DNA of 64,000 bases from Vicugna vicugna. Taxonomy: Eukaryota. Below the pieces are notes generated by a model. That model was not told the DNA's origin and did not search any database. It saw only the letters and a list, made by a program, of their open reading frames with translations. The stretch lies in the NCBI GenBank assembly GCA_013265495.1, contig MU058844.1, forward strand, positions 6,013,260-6,077,259, given 5' to 3'. A program made the translations under genes and the position numbers. Numbering within the stretch: the stretch's first letter is position 1; every line of letters begins with the position of its first letter. Shown in pieces: positions 28,641-42,160 of this stretch.

Positions 28641-29367
28641 CAAAACTCTAAATGCTACAGGCACTGTGGTAATGGCAAAACAATAGAGGCAATCGTTTCA
28701 AAGAATTGAATTTGGTAAAAAAATAAAGGAGCATCATTTAATATCAACATATGTATGTGGAGTAAAAATAATCTAATTTTACATAATTTTCTTTTGGTTC
28801 ATTTAATTCTTTCAAAGTTAACTGATGTTTATTTTCATTATGTCCTTTGTAGAACTTACATTTTATGGTGAAAAATGATAAATGTCTGATAACTGCCATT
28901 TGACTATGAGTCTTTTCAACAACTTACAATAAAATGTGTATAAATTTAATCTTCTTGCCTGATACTCTTGATTGGTATGAAGTCATTCCATAACACAAAA
29001 GGCAAATTACATTTTTGAAAATAAAGAGAAAAATATGTTTACGAAGAGGGAAATCAGAGCTTTCTAAAGGAAAATTTTAAAAGACTGAAAAAAAAATAGT
29101 CAAAAATTATGAAGCTGATAAAGGACTGACTGTAGCAAAATGTGACAGGAGAGAATGTCTCAGATTTCTGGTATAATCTCTTGAATTATTAACAGCCTAT
29201 GTAATTTAACTTCATCAGAGACTTCTGAATCAAATGCTACAAACAGAAACTGAAAAAAGAAGCATAGAACATTGGATTGAAATCCAATAAATTTATTTTT
29301 CAAAATCTCTTCACAATTTTTTTGTATTTAAAAGACATTCTCTTCAATTTTCTGACTCAATTTAAAG

Positions 29368-30095
29368 TGAACACAGCTTCTGAGAGCTGCTGATGGAATT
29401 CAAAAAAAAAAAACAAAAAAAACCCCAGATAGGACAAGTACCCCCAACACAGTGGGACGGGCCCACTGGAAGCCCTAGGCAGGAAGAGATCCGTGCCAGC
29501 AAAAAGCCCACAGTGTGCTGAGAGAGCTGACTGGACGGGCTGGCTGACCCTGGCTGGCTGGCTGTCAGCGAAGGGGAAGAAAATGCCAGCATGTTTTCTC
29601 TTATCCCACAGCTCGCTCCTTGAAGGACACACCCATACAATAAGACATTTCGTGTCCCACAACTGCTGCATTGATCCCAAGGACATACCCCAGTATCTCT
29701 TTCTTTGTTCTCTGTTTTCCACTGAAGTTTCTGTTTTAGGGCTGAGCTCCATGGGAGACAAGAGCCAGTAATGAATGATTGGCATCACCAGAATGAGACA
29801 GTGATGGCACAGCCTTCCAATAAAAGACCCCGAGGCCGGATCGGGGGCTGGAGATGTCCCGGCCGGCTACCTGGCTGACAGCTCCCTGCTGGAGTGTTTT
29901 CTCTTTTTGCCTTTTTTTTTCCCCCTTCCCTCTCTGAGCAATAAATAAAACAGCTCTTTTTCACTCTGTCCCTCTGCCTGTACTGAGAATTCTTTCTCAA
30001 TCGATGGGCTAAGACCCACATGTTGGAGGGGCTTGCCCGCCTGTTTGCTGGGCTTTCCAATCTGGGGTCTCTATCTGCTAACAGTATCTCAGTCA
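29368..30095 (+). mobile_element. ERV LTR (probably solo, ERV1-like), ~0.7 kb; termini uncertain
   Basis: GC/CpG-richer block with TATA-like caataaaaga (~29818-29827), poly(A) signal aataaa (~29940-29949) and a U5-like end ...ctatctgctaaca. Possible TGA...TCA termini with 4-bp TSD AAAG (29364-29367, 30096-30099). No tRNA primer-binding site follows. Confidence 0.7.
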
Positions 30096-30099
30096 AAAG

Positions 30100-31014
30100 T
30101 TAAAAATCAAAAACCAGGATTACAGGGGAGTGGACTTAACATTTTTTTTCTTGGGAGAGGATATTTTGTAGATGTAAATACAAGGATAGGAAACCCCCAG
30201 CCCAGTTCCCCTCTGAGACCGGCACTGAGTTGTCTGCTTATACCCCACTCCCCCCTCTACTGAACTGAGGAAAACCTATCACTTTTCCGGTTTTTTGCTC
30301 AGAAGATAGTGATGAAGAAGGGGGGGGATCCTGTTCTCCTATCAGAATGAAGTAACTATAAGATGAGCAATTCTCTTGCTAATAGTAACCTCCTCTTTGG
30401 CATGCTCTAGTGACTTATTAGGGTAGTGTGGCAAGATTTAGCATCTTCTCATCACACTTTTAACTGCCTCGTTCTGTTCTTAGCCATAAGAAATTTTTGG
30501 TCTAGCACAGAGAGTTGAGAGAGAAGCTTTTGAAGGAGGAACCCAGAGAAGCAACAGCACGTTCTCATTATCTTAGCAGTAACACCTGGAAGAGCAGAGC
30601 GGCTACAAACCTTAGGTGCTTGGTTAGGGGGGGTCTGCCTTATCTCCGTTCTCGTGAGTCCCAGAGAGAGGGACTTCCCTGGAGTTGTGCTCTGCCTTTC
30701 AATCCTGCCCGTGGAAGGGGAGCTGAGCCTGACATCCTACAACTTGATCTTCGGGTCCACCTGCCTGGCCTGCCCTTTTCCTTTCGAGGGGGCTTGTATC
30801 TGAGCGGGTAAACCTGGTTTCCCACATCCATAGAAGTCAGTTGAAATGACTTAGTATTCACCTCTGCTTTAAAAAGCCGCAGTCTAGACACAAGGGAAAA
30901 TGTTGAGAATACCCCATGGTTTTATAGGCACCCCTGCTGGGTTCTTACTTTGCACTGGCACCAGAATTTCTTATTAACGAATCCCTGTACGTGAACCTCA
31001 ATTTCTCTGATAAC
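30100..31014. mobile_element. LTR/ERV-like GC-richer segment, family and orientation not resolved
   Basis: Sharp compositional shift from the flanks, TATA-like motifs and an end ...ttctctgataac(t) resembling an LTR terminus. Confidence 0.35.
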
Positions 31015-32811
31015 TATTTTAATACTCCTTATTGTCTAAACTCATTTTTAACTGAGTTTTCTATCTCCTATCCAAGTCTAGTCATTAGCTGAAGTTCTTG
31101 AATCCTGAATTTAAAATTTGTCATATCTAGGCCATTAGCAATGGTTGAAGATGAGCTTGATGGTGCCCGCGGTCCATGAGAACGTTGTGAATCGTTTTTC
31201 CTACATTCCTGGAGAGAAACCCTGAGTCTCAGACTCTGTTCACAAACTAGAAAACATGCTTATATATATCTCTTTATTTTTCATGGATTAAATTTCTTAT
31301 TTTATGCCCTCCTTTAGGCTTATGCCTACTTATCTGGCCTTAAACATAACCGACCTCTAGTCTTACAGATTCTTGAGCCATTTCATTTTTTTTCCTTTCT
31401 TCCTTCCTTCGTCCCTCCCCCTCCTGTCTCCCCCTCTTTCTCTTTCTCCTTTCCTTCCTTTCTCTTCCTTCCTTGATTTCTTCTTTTTAAAGCATTCTCC
31501 CAATGGATTTCATCCAATCTAGTAGCTTCAAATAACTAGGTCTTACCGCATCTGTGTCATCACCCTGTTGCTACGTGTATTTCTTGCTACCTATTAGTCA
31601 TTATCACCTGAAAGTAATGCAAGCACCTGAAGCCAGATCTACTCTCATTATTTCCACCTATAAACTTGTTATTCCTCCTACCTGTGATTCTTCCAAATCA
31701 TCTACTTTTGCCTCTTACCAGGCTCTAAACACAAAGGACTTAGTTATCAAAACTGTATACCATAGTCATTGCTGACTCATCTTTCTGCTTTTGTCCCTAA
31801 TTTCATGTTCTTGGCCCACGATCTTATCAGATATGAAAATAAAAATACATTTCTCCCAGTACTAGTTCATAAATACATTGTTATTGAAGGGCCCTGAGGC
31901 AGGTCTCCACCAAGTATCAATTTGGGGCCAAGATTTATATGAAAGAGAAGTGTAAGATGACATCAGATTACTTAATCTAGTTCAAGAAACAGTACGTGAA
32001 ATTATAAGAAGTACTTAAGAAATGTTAAGCATTATGAAATAAAAGGACATAGAAAGCAAAATAAAGAATAGAGAGTAATTGGAGAGGAGTTAATATTGTG
32101 AACCTGTGAATAAAGTTAAACTCTGTTAGTTCTTTAGTGAAATTTTCTAGGCAAAAGTTGCTTCCTGAAAGGAACTAGTACATTTTTTCCTATGATAAAA
32201 AATGGCATTATGTGCTATTACTTTTGGCAGACAGAGTGCTTACATATATATTTTTTTTTTTTGATAAAAGGATGATTTGCTTCTGTTTTGCCTCCTTTCC
32301 ATAAATGTTTCATATCAATTTGATACACTCTATTTTTTAAAAACACATTAAAAACTTTATTGTATTAAGTGCCAGCATGTTTAACTTTGCATCAATTTGA
32401 AATACTTCTGGTTGTTTCGCAGAACACAGTAGTTGCATGGCTTCCTTAAGTCTTAGTCATCTGCCTTTCAGGCTCCCCTGCTCTGACCCTCACCCCTTCT
32501 CCACAAAGGGGTCTTCTTCAGTCTGTTCTGCCCCATGCTGACACCTTAATAACCCCAGCGACACGGAGAACCTACTTCCAGAGGGGCTGGCCCTGTCACT
32601 GGGATGGCTGCGATGGTTTTCTGTTATAGAGCTGAGCCCCCATTGGGTAAGTCCCGTCCTCCTCCAGGAAGCTCACTTTTCTCTGTTTTCTCTTTGTCCT
32701 ATTTTTACCCCTAGCCTGAGTGGCTTACTGTGGACATTCTAAGCAAAATTAACTCCAGTTAAGTTTCACAGAGTATTCCAAAACCTTGAATTTGGTACAT
32801 GATTATTATCA

Positions 32812-33833
32812 TTTTTTTCTTTTTTTTCCCCCTTTTTCTTAAGTTATTACAAAATATTGGCTACATTCCCCATGTTGTACAATACGTCCTTGTAATCTAT
32901 CTTACACACAGTGGTTTGTACCGCCTACTCCCTCATCCCTATAATTGCCCCTCCCCTACTCCCTCTCCCCACTGGCAACCACTAGTTTTTTCTCTATATC
33001 TGTGAGTCTGCTTCTTTTTTGTTTTATTCACTAGTTTGTTGTATTTTTTAGATTCCGCATATAAGTGATACCACACAGTATTTGTCTTTCTCCCACTTAT
33101 TTTACTTAGCATAATGCCCTCCAAGTCCTTCTATGTTGCTGCAAGTGGCAAAATGTCATTCTTTTTTATGGCTGAGTAGTATTTCATTATGTATATATAA
33201 CACAACTTATTTATTTATCTGCTGATGGGCACTTAGGTTGCTTCAATATCTAGCCTATTGTAAGTAATGCTGCTATGCACATTGGGGTGCATGAATCTTT
33301 TTGAATTAGTGTTTTTATTTTTTTCAGATATATGCCCAGGAATAAAATTGCTGGGTCATCAAATGGGACCTGATCAAAGTTAAAAGCTTTTGCATGGCAA
33401 AGGAAACAATCAACAAAATGAAAAGACAACCAGCTGAATGGGAGAAAATATTTGCAAATGATATGGCCAATAAGGGATTAGAATAGACAACACATATAAA
33501 TAGGTCATACTACTCAACATACAAAAAACAACCCGATTGAAAACTGGGCAGAAGAACTGAATAGACATTTTTCCACAGAGGAAATGCAGGCGGCTAAGAG
33601 GCACATGAAAAGATGCTTATCATCACTAATCATCAGGGAAATGCAAAAATCACAATGAGATATCAACCTCACACCTGTCAGAATGGCTATCATCAAGAAG
33701 AACACAAATAACAAATGTTAGCGAGGAGAAAAGGAAACTCTCATACACTATTGGTGGGAATATAAATTGGTGCAGCCACTGTGGAAAACAGCACGGAAGT
33801 TTCTCAAAAAACTAAAAAGAACTACCGTATGAT
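32812..33833 (-). mobile_element. L1 3' fragment with 5' inversion (twin-priming structure)
   Basis: 32812-33359 is antisense L1 3' UTR / ORF2 end with a T-rich tail. 33360-33833 is sense ORF2 C-terminal sequence ending gaactaccgtatga, which continues in L1 coordinates into the atgacccagcaa read on the minus strand at 33359. Confidence 0.88.
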
Positions 33834-34187
33834 ACATTCCATAAACTGGAAACCTTCCATAAATTTTAATTTTTAATGAATTTTTGCTATGTGTAGTTTT
33901 TTTTTTTACAAAGCAGCCACTTTTTATTAAAGGTATAACTATAATGTGTATAATTATATACATAGTTATAATGCAAGGTATCTGATACATTTTGGTGTAG
34001 CTTTACAAAGTACTTTACTTTCAGGAACTGTACTCTTCCAAATGAGCACATAATGATAAGCTTAATTTTATAATAATTTCCATATATTTTTGGATGGCAC
34101 TAGAAAAATCATTAGAAATAACAATTTATCTGATTTGAAAACTAAAATGGTTAATATGAAAAAAGGATCACATCAAGACAGATCCCT

Positions 34188-34484
34188 CTAGAAAACAAAC
34201 TTATGGTTACCAGGAGGGAAAGGGGGTGGGAAGGGATAAATTGGGAGCTGGAGATTTGCAGATACTAACTACTATGTATAAAATGGATAAACAGTAAGTT
34301 TCTTCTGCATAGCATAGGGAACTCCATTCAATACCTTGTAGTAACCTGCAACAAAAAAGAATATGAAAACAAATGTATGTATGTATATGTATGACTGAAC
34401 TATTATGCTGTACACCAGAAATTAACACAATATTGTGAACTGACTATTCTTCAATAAAAAATTAATTAAAATTAAAATAAATAA
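34188..34484 (+). mobile_element. Short 5'-truncated L1 (3' UTR + A tail)
   Basis: L1 3' UTR (aaacaaacttatggttaccagg...ttcaataaaaa) with perfect TSD aagacagatccct at 34175-34187 and 34485-34497. Confidence 0.92.
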
Positions 34485-37400
34485 AAGACAGATCCCTTTA
34501 CAACAGTCTTCAGGGCATTCTTGGCCCTAAAAAGAGCAGAACTCCTTTCCCTTGACTTCCTTTACACAGCTCAGACAGCCTACTGACACTTTCAAAAAAC
34601 GGACAGCTGGGTCTGCCAATGTTGCATATTACAAAACTCTAAAATCTTTATTCTATAACCATCTCAAGTGTTAGGTAAAAATAGAATAAATATTCCTTTA
34701 AAAAATAATGAAAAAAGGATAATGTTTTGGGAATTAAATTAATGTGACAAAGAACACAAAGGGAGCTGTAAAATGGATAGTTAGGCAACATGTTGAAACA
34801 AACCAATGATAAAATGAGGACTGGGTGGTAATGACACAAAAATGTAAGGTAGAGCAAAGTAACAGAGAATAAGGCATCCTTTGATTCTTTGGAAAAACGT
34901 GAGAAGCATATAGGTCATATTAGGATATAATTTTTATTTGACTATCAGGATAAATTAAACAGCATATTGCTTCATTTTGTCTGGAATAGCTTGTAAATTT
35001 AAGCTTAAATAACGAAGTAAAAAATGCAGAGTATTAAAAATTAAACGTAAGAAAACAATATAAATAATGGAGTAGGTAGAAATGAAAGTGATTCAGAACA
35101 AGCAATTTGTTAGATTCTAATCAAATCAAAAAACTAAATTTCTATTATGAATGACTTATATATACCATATATTAAATGTCACAGATAATATTGAAGGTAC
35201 CTTAAATATTGCTATTTAAATTTTTTAATGTAGAGAGATTATTGTGTCCAAGTTATTCTTTATTGTTAGAATACCAAATGGAGGTTTTTTTTTTTTAAGG
35301 TCAAGCAACAAATGGAAATCAGAGAAGTCTGATAAAAATATTAATGAAGTCATACCAAAAATAATTACCTACCTATTCTTGATTGCATACATATAGCAAA
35401 GAAAGGTTTTTCTCCCCCTCTTCCTTTAAAACATGTAAGAGAACACAAGATGCATAAATGATGATGTAACCAGCCAAGTCTATTCTTTCATGCCATGACA
35501 TAGGAAACTATACAGTCTTGGATAATGAGAAGTAGAATCAAATTCCATCACTGCAAATAAATGTGTGATCTTAACCAAAAAATTTAATACCTCTTAACTG
35601 CGGCTAATTGTTCTTGAAATTCTAAGTATACTCTAGGTCTCTAATGATCAAAATTCCAATCTCCAGGCATGGAAGAAAAATGACTCTCTACTATTTCTCT
35701 CCTTGATTAGCTAAAAAAAGGGAATCATCTGGTCACTGTTAGTGCATCTACACATACATGTCTCCTGGAAAATATAGTTTACACATATGCAATACACATT
35801 CTGTAAACGTTTACAAAGGCAAGACGAGTGTTTTATTTTCCCTTTTTCATCAGTGTGTAGCACGGCACTTAACAAGTCTGTAATTGTGGAATGAATGAAT
35901 CAAGAAGTGAAAACGATTTCTGAGATTCTCCCTCTCTTCTTGTTTGCCCTTATCCTATGATTAACATGTTTCCACCAATTTCACTTCTGAATTCCATCCT
36001 TTTCCTGTCTCCAGTGAGAAATGGTATCCATCTTATACTTCAGTGTGAGTAATGAAGAAAGAAAAAGTTGAAAATTAATTCATGAAAAAGAGGATATTTT
36101 GGTGCCATCATGATAAATGAGATTATTACATTGTAGAAAAAGGTGTCTTACTGATTATTTTTATACAATAGAAGATTTAGTAAAATAAATACATAAAAGA
36201 TTTCAATAATAATTTAGTGCCCTTTAAAAAATTTAATTTTCTAATCTGTAATTAAGATGTTTTTACTAAATCATTCTTAGTCATAACTACCTGTGGAAAG
36301 ACTTTTGATACACTTAATAAAGTGATCAAACATAATAAGTGTTCTAACTTAGTATTGGTGGGTATTAAGAGCTAAATTCTTCTGAGATGGTGTATTAACA
36401 TTTTTGGATTTTAATTTTGCAAAGAATGAAAGCACCACTTTAAATCTGTTAAGCATTTCAGACACATCATTATCCTAACACACGAAACAATGATGGATAA
36501 TAGCTCTTTTATCATCCTGGTAATGAGAAAATGATTCATTTTTATTAAGAAAGTAATTTAGCAATTTAGAATTTTAAGTTCTCTTGAAAGTAAACAATAA
36601 GATAATATCAATTTTCATTCACCACAAGATATATGTACTATACTAATTTGATACATTTAAAAATCTCTAATAAAATACTTCATAATACAATTGTCTTTTC
36701 CAAATTAGCATTTTGTGAATCCATAAGAAAGAAATCTAATGAATAAATGTGTTACTACTATTTTCTGTACTAATTTTCAAGAAAATTTTTAAAAAGGAGC
36801 GTATTTCTTCCTTATGGCTTTCATAATATCTAGGAATATAAAAAATGTTCAATAAACACTAAGTAAAATATTGCAAGCCAATACTCTGTTTTAATCCAGT
36901 GGGATTTATCATTGTTTGAATGAAAAACCAAATGATTTTTCCATTATATCTTTTAAATACACAGTGATTATTTTTATTGGACCATGAATCATATAAAAAT
37001 ATAAAAAGGAAGAAGAAAACTGAGGTTTTTAAAAAAATAATAATTTTACTTACACTGATATACATCTTGCTCATTGAGAGTTCACAATTTGCTATCAAGC
37101 AGAGAGAAATCTGCTACCAACTTAGGCCTTCCCCACCTCTCCTTCCTTTAACTCAACACCTATCAGCTGAAGGGTGATATTAAAATATTTAAATTGACAT
37201 GTGCCAATATCGACGTGGAGAAAGGGAAAAAACGGTGTAAAAAAAAATACGCAGTAGCAGTATATATCCTTATAAACAAAACATTCTTACTTTTCCATGT
37301 TAATAAATTTGTGCTTCCATGTTAAAAAGACAAAAATAAAAAATAAATGCAAGTAATGTGGTAAATCTTACATGCTACTTGATCATAAAGCAAAAGGAAT

Positions 37401-40400
37401 GCAGCTGTAAAGAGAGTTTTTCCTCCAAAACTACAAGGAAGGGACTTCTTTTTTTAAAAAACATGTCTTTTGTATAACAGAAGCAGAATGGAGGATATTA
37501 AGACATAAGGAAGAAAAATTTAGAAAAAAACATGGAATATCAAACTTGACTTGCTTATAAATATGAATTGATTAGAGAAAAACTGATGAAAACTATCTTA
37601 AGATTCCAGAGGGGAAGAGCAGTAATGTGATGTGGATTGCTTGGCATCAACTACTGGACACACATATTTGATATTAAATATATCATATATATAGTATGAA
37701 AACCTTAACATAGTATATACTTCTCTTTCTTCACCTCCTGGGCTTTTGCTCTTGCTTCACATGTGGTACAAAAACCCACACTACACTGTAGTGAATGTCA
37801 AGCACCTGAGTTAAAAAATTACTTTATTGATTTTGGCTGAATTTTTTTCTGTCAAATTTGCTATACTCTTCAAACTGAGTCACGTAAAAGTTACAGCTCA
37901 AAAGGTGTGTGTGCCTGCATGCATGTCCTTATTGACGGTGGTAGGCCTCTCAGCAAATCCAGTGGAAACAACTACTGCATTGAGAGCACATTGTTTCAGC
38001 CTTGCTTGATTACCCAAGGTCATTGATAAGACCCTTCAAGTGTCTCTAATTTTATTGTTTCTGTTTATTTTTCTTAAAATCTGAAGTATAAAATGGCAGA
38101 TAACACCTAGCACTATATCATAGCTTCAATCAAAGTAAACTGAGAAAGCATTCAAAGATTGTTTAGCAACTTATAAATCTCCTTTTTAAAATTAAAACAA
38201 CAAAAGGCCTTTGATAAATGCTTATTAGGCAATGGTTTTCAGGATCTCCAAAGGAACCTACTCTATATCAGACCTTGAACTAGGAACTTTAACATGTGTT
38301 GATTTTATTTAATCCTTCAAATAAACTATAAAAATAAGCACTATTCTTATTTTTGAAGATGTGGAAACTGACGTCCTGAGAGACAAAGTGTAACTTGTCA
38401 CATCTCTTTAAATCAGATTGCCCGTGGAGATGTAGCCCACATATATTAAACAGAAAGAAGTACAAAGGTTTTCATCACTCTAGTGGGGGTCAAATGTTTG
38501 ACGACTTCTTAGTTTTGCTAGTTGATGCTTTAAAGGGAGGAAGCCAGGAAGCACCATTAAGAAAATGTTTATGTTATGCTCCGGGAAGGCAGTGGGATCC
38601 CGCTGGGACCACCTGCAGGTTGGGCAGCCCTTTCCAGACAGGGTTTCCAGTAGGAAGGAAATAAAACCTCCCAAGAATATAGAGTCGGGAGCCAGAAATA
38701 AAATTTCAAAAGCAGGTCTGAAGTCATCATCTGGCCCTAAGAAATGATGGTAGCACAAGTACAGCTGAACAGAAAAATAGCTATCTGCAGGGGAAAAAAA
38801 GAGCCGCAGTAATAAAAATAGCAGATCCCCGAGGGCTCACTCAACATGAAACTGTACAAAACAGAAATAGGACAATGTGTAGTAATGCGTTTTAAGAGTG
38901 AGATCAAGGGAGTGAGCAGCAAATTTGAATTATAGGATAAATAGATATTGATTAAGTTGCAAAGGAAATCTATAACACTGCTGTAACCTACCTAAGAGAA
39001 CTGCAGATTAATAAACCATACTTGATGAATACATAGCTTCCTCAGATTAATGAACTATTACCACTGAGATACGGTCAATCAGCCTAAGTAAACTCACTCC
39101 TCTCATTTATGTGAATAATTAGTTCCATTTTAATTTATTTATAAATTTAATTACTTTTTTTTTTCCAGGCACATTAGTCTAATATTCTTAAAGAGTCCAT
39201 TTTGGAAACAAAGATTCTTTTGTAGAAAAGCAACTTCTGAACCCAAGTGAGACCATCCTCATAAATTTGTATTGGGGTGAGTTTCTTTGTCACTCACCAT
39301 CTGCCTATTAGAGCTCACAAGAAGGGAAAATGCATTCTGAAAGCAGGTGCCCATGTAAATAGAGCATACATTTCACAAAGACAAGTTCAAGTAAGGACTT
39401 GCAAATATGAATGGGAACAAGTGTTTTCAAAGTACTTTCCAAACTTATTCCCCTCAATTTCTCATGTTATAGTCGTGACAGTTAGTGCTTTAGCTACTCT
39501 GATAGAGATGCATTGTCAATCAAAATTAATCAAGTTCTAAGTAGTTTTTAAAAGTCTCATATTCAGTATCTGTATCACACTGTATCACACTGATGAACTT
39601 CAATTAATTTAATCACACTGTAATTTTCTTAAAACTACAATTTTAACATTTAAAATTAAAAAAAAACTCTTTAACTGCAAAGAAACAAATTATAAAAGAG
39701 AAAGAGTTTGAGAATTGATAGCATTATACTACATAATATTCTATAAGTAATTCTATAATCCAAGCAAAACGTGTGTGGATGAATTAGAATAGAATCAAAA
39801 AGAAAAGTTTTTTTAATAAATTTTATTGTCTCAACATATTTGAAAAAGTAGGTCAAAAGATCTATCTGGAAACTTGAAATAGGGAGGTATTAATTTAACA
39901 ATAAATCAACAGAAAGCTGTATAATATATAATAGGTGTAAAATGTACTGTGTATGTAGTGTAATGAAATTTAAAAAAACACACAAGGCTTTTATTTTCAA
40001 ATATGTGCATGTTATACAGCATAATCATAAAATATCTAGATGCAGATGTTTCTCTAAATTGTCTGTTGTTATAGATTATTGCTTTCTTTTGCAGCTTATA
40101 GAATATTTCAATGAAGCATTTAAATTATAGAAGCGATACATGCAAAACATTGAATAAGACATAAGAATACAGAACAAAAAAATTTCTCTGATCACACAAC
40201 TCTATAAAGGGTATTACTTTCAACAAGAAAACAGTTTCTGCTTTTGTTATTTTGACAGTTGCCCATATAACTTTAAATGTTATACTTCTACTTATTGTTT
40301 CAACTTTTTGAAAGTTGTCTATTGGCTGCCAGCTATAAAAGTTGAGCAGTTGATACACAATCTTTCACCATACTTCCCACTACAACTTCAGGCTATGGCT

Positions 40401-40599
40401 ATTTTTATACTGTGTTTTCTTGTGTCAGTATTTATCATTTTAAATACTGTATGCATATCTATAGTCTATGAAAAATCAATTTTAATTAGTATACGTAAAC
40501 TCCCTAGTATAAAATATAGTGCTTTGATTATGTTTACCTTTTCCAATAACTCCATTCTCCTTTTAATAGTCCACTTTCCCTTACTTTAAAATTTTTAAG

Positions 40600-41290
40600 G
40601 CTCTTTTTCCAAAATCAACAACCAACCCTCCAATTCACCTGACACCACCTGGGTGTTTAACAATTCAATTCAATTCTGGCTCAGTTTAAGGGTTCAGTCC
40701 TACATACTGCTCCCCACTTCGGATGCTGGTCACAAGTCCTGGTCCCCATACTTCTGACTGAAGTACTGCTATCAACCCACACTAAATAGGGAGTTCCCTC
40801 GACTCCATCCTCAGGTTCAATCATTTGCTGAAACAGCTCACAGAACTAAGAAAGACACTTCACTGCATTTGCTGGTTTATTTTAAAGGATACAGATGAAG
40901 AGGTACATAGGGCAGGGTCTGGAAAAGTCTCCGGCACAGGAGCAACATGTAAAAGTGTTCACCAGTTTGGAAGCGCATCAAATGCTTTTGTTGAAGAGTT
41001 TTTGCAGTGCTTAATCTCTAGCCCCTCTTACCTCATTTCCTGGAGGTTGGTGGGTGGGGCTGAACGTTCCAGCCCTTTGATCACTTAGTCTTTCTGGTGA
41101 TCAGAGCCACCCCAAGGCTATCTAGGGACCCCACCCTAAGTCACTTTATTAGCATAAACTCAAGTGTGATCAAATGGGGTTTCTTAAGAATAGAAAAGGA
41201 CACTCCCATTACTCAGGAAATTTCAGGGGTTTCAAGAGTTCCTGTGTCAGGAACCAGAGACAAAGACCAAATATATTTCACACTATACCT
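40600..41290 (-). mobile_element. MER21/MER34-like ERV LTR
   Basis: gacaccacctgggtgtttaacaattcaattcaattctg...ggaaccagagacaaagaccaaatatattt matches the remembered antisense MER21 pattern. Confidence 0.7.
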
Positions 41291-41865
41291 ATTAACAATT
41301 ATATTTGGTAATTTAATTAAATATCTACAGCTTGTTTTGTTTGAAGAACTCAAATGGAGTAACAACATTTAAAATGTATTTATAAAATTATTCACTGTAA
41401 AACCAGTAGTGTGATTGGAGAACAAATAAAGGAAATGTAATCTTAATGAAATTTCCTGCAGTAATAATGAGAATCTTCCACGTGGTCAGGTCTACTGAGT
41501 TCTCTTTTAATTATTTCAGATTTTATTCACTACACCTGTTGTACCCAAATGCTACTTATATCCTGTGCTCTATTTCTTTTTTTTTTTTTTGCTTATAGCA
41601 TGACCTTGAGTCATGTTTTTACATAGTTTGCTTTGATAGCACATTATATATGCACATTTCAAAACATGCTTAATTTTTTTTACATTTTATTAATCATTCA
41701 ATTGTGTGTAAAATTCTAGGATCACTTGTTTTGTTCTTCAGAACTGTGACCTTATCTTTCAATCATTTACAACTATCTAATAATTGATACTTTTCCTGAA
41801 GGCAGTCTGATTCCCATTCATTTATTCATTCACTCTGCAAATTTGCCTTCCTACTATGTTAGGAA

Positions 41866-41958
41866 CTTTTTGCTGTTGTTGTTGTTGTTCAGTTACAATG
41901 TGTCAATTTCTGTTGTACAGCACAATGTCCCAGTTATACATATACATATATATATTCA
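41866..41958 (-). mobile_element. Very short L1 3' end with tail decayed to (TTG)n
   Basis: cagttacaatgtgtcaatttctgttgtacagcacaatgtcccagttatacatat is close to the reverse complement of 61381-61452 in the large L1. Confidence 0.85.
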
Positions 41959-41985
41959 GGAATGGTTTTAGTTGCTGGAAATTCA

Positions 41986-42160
41986 CCAGTGATCAAATTT
42001 TTAAAAACTTCTACCTGGGAAGTTTGATTAAAAATATTGACGTCTGGGTCCTGCAAAAACCAATTGAATCAAAGTATCTGGGGAGGGCAGCCTGAGAATT
42101 AGTAGTTTGTAAAGGCTCTGCATCTAATCCTATTGATGCCACCAAGGTTGAGAACCACTG
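41986..42160. mobile_element. MER5-like hAT-Charlie MITE
   Basis: Ends ccaaggttgagaaccactg; internal acctgggaagtttgattaaaaat...aattgaatcaaagtatctgggg. Confidence 0.65.

Noticed and set aside
29357..30891. Several 76-143 aa ORFs as possible retroviral genes
   Set aside because: No gag, pol or env motifs; they fall in LTR-like sequence.
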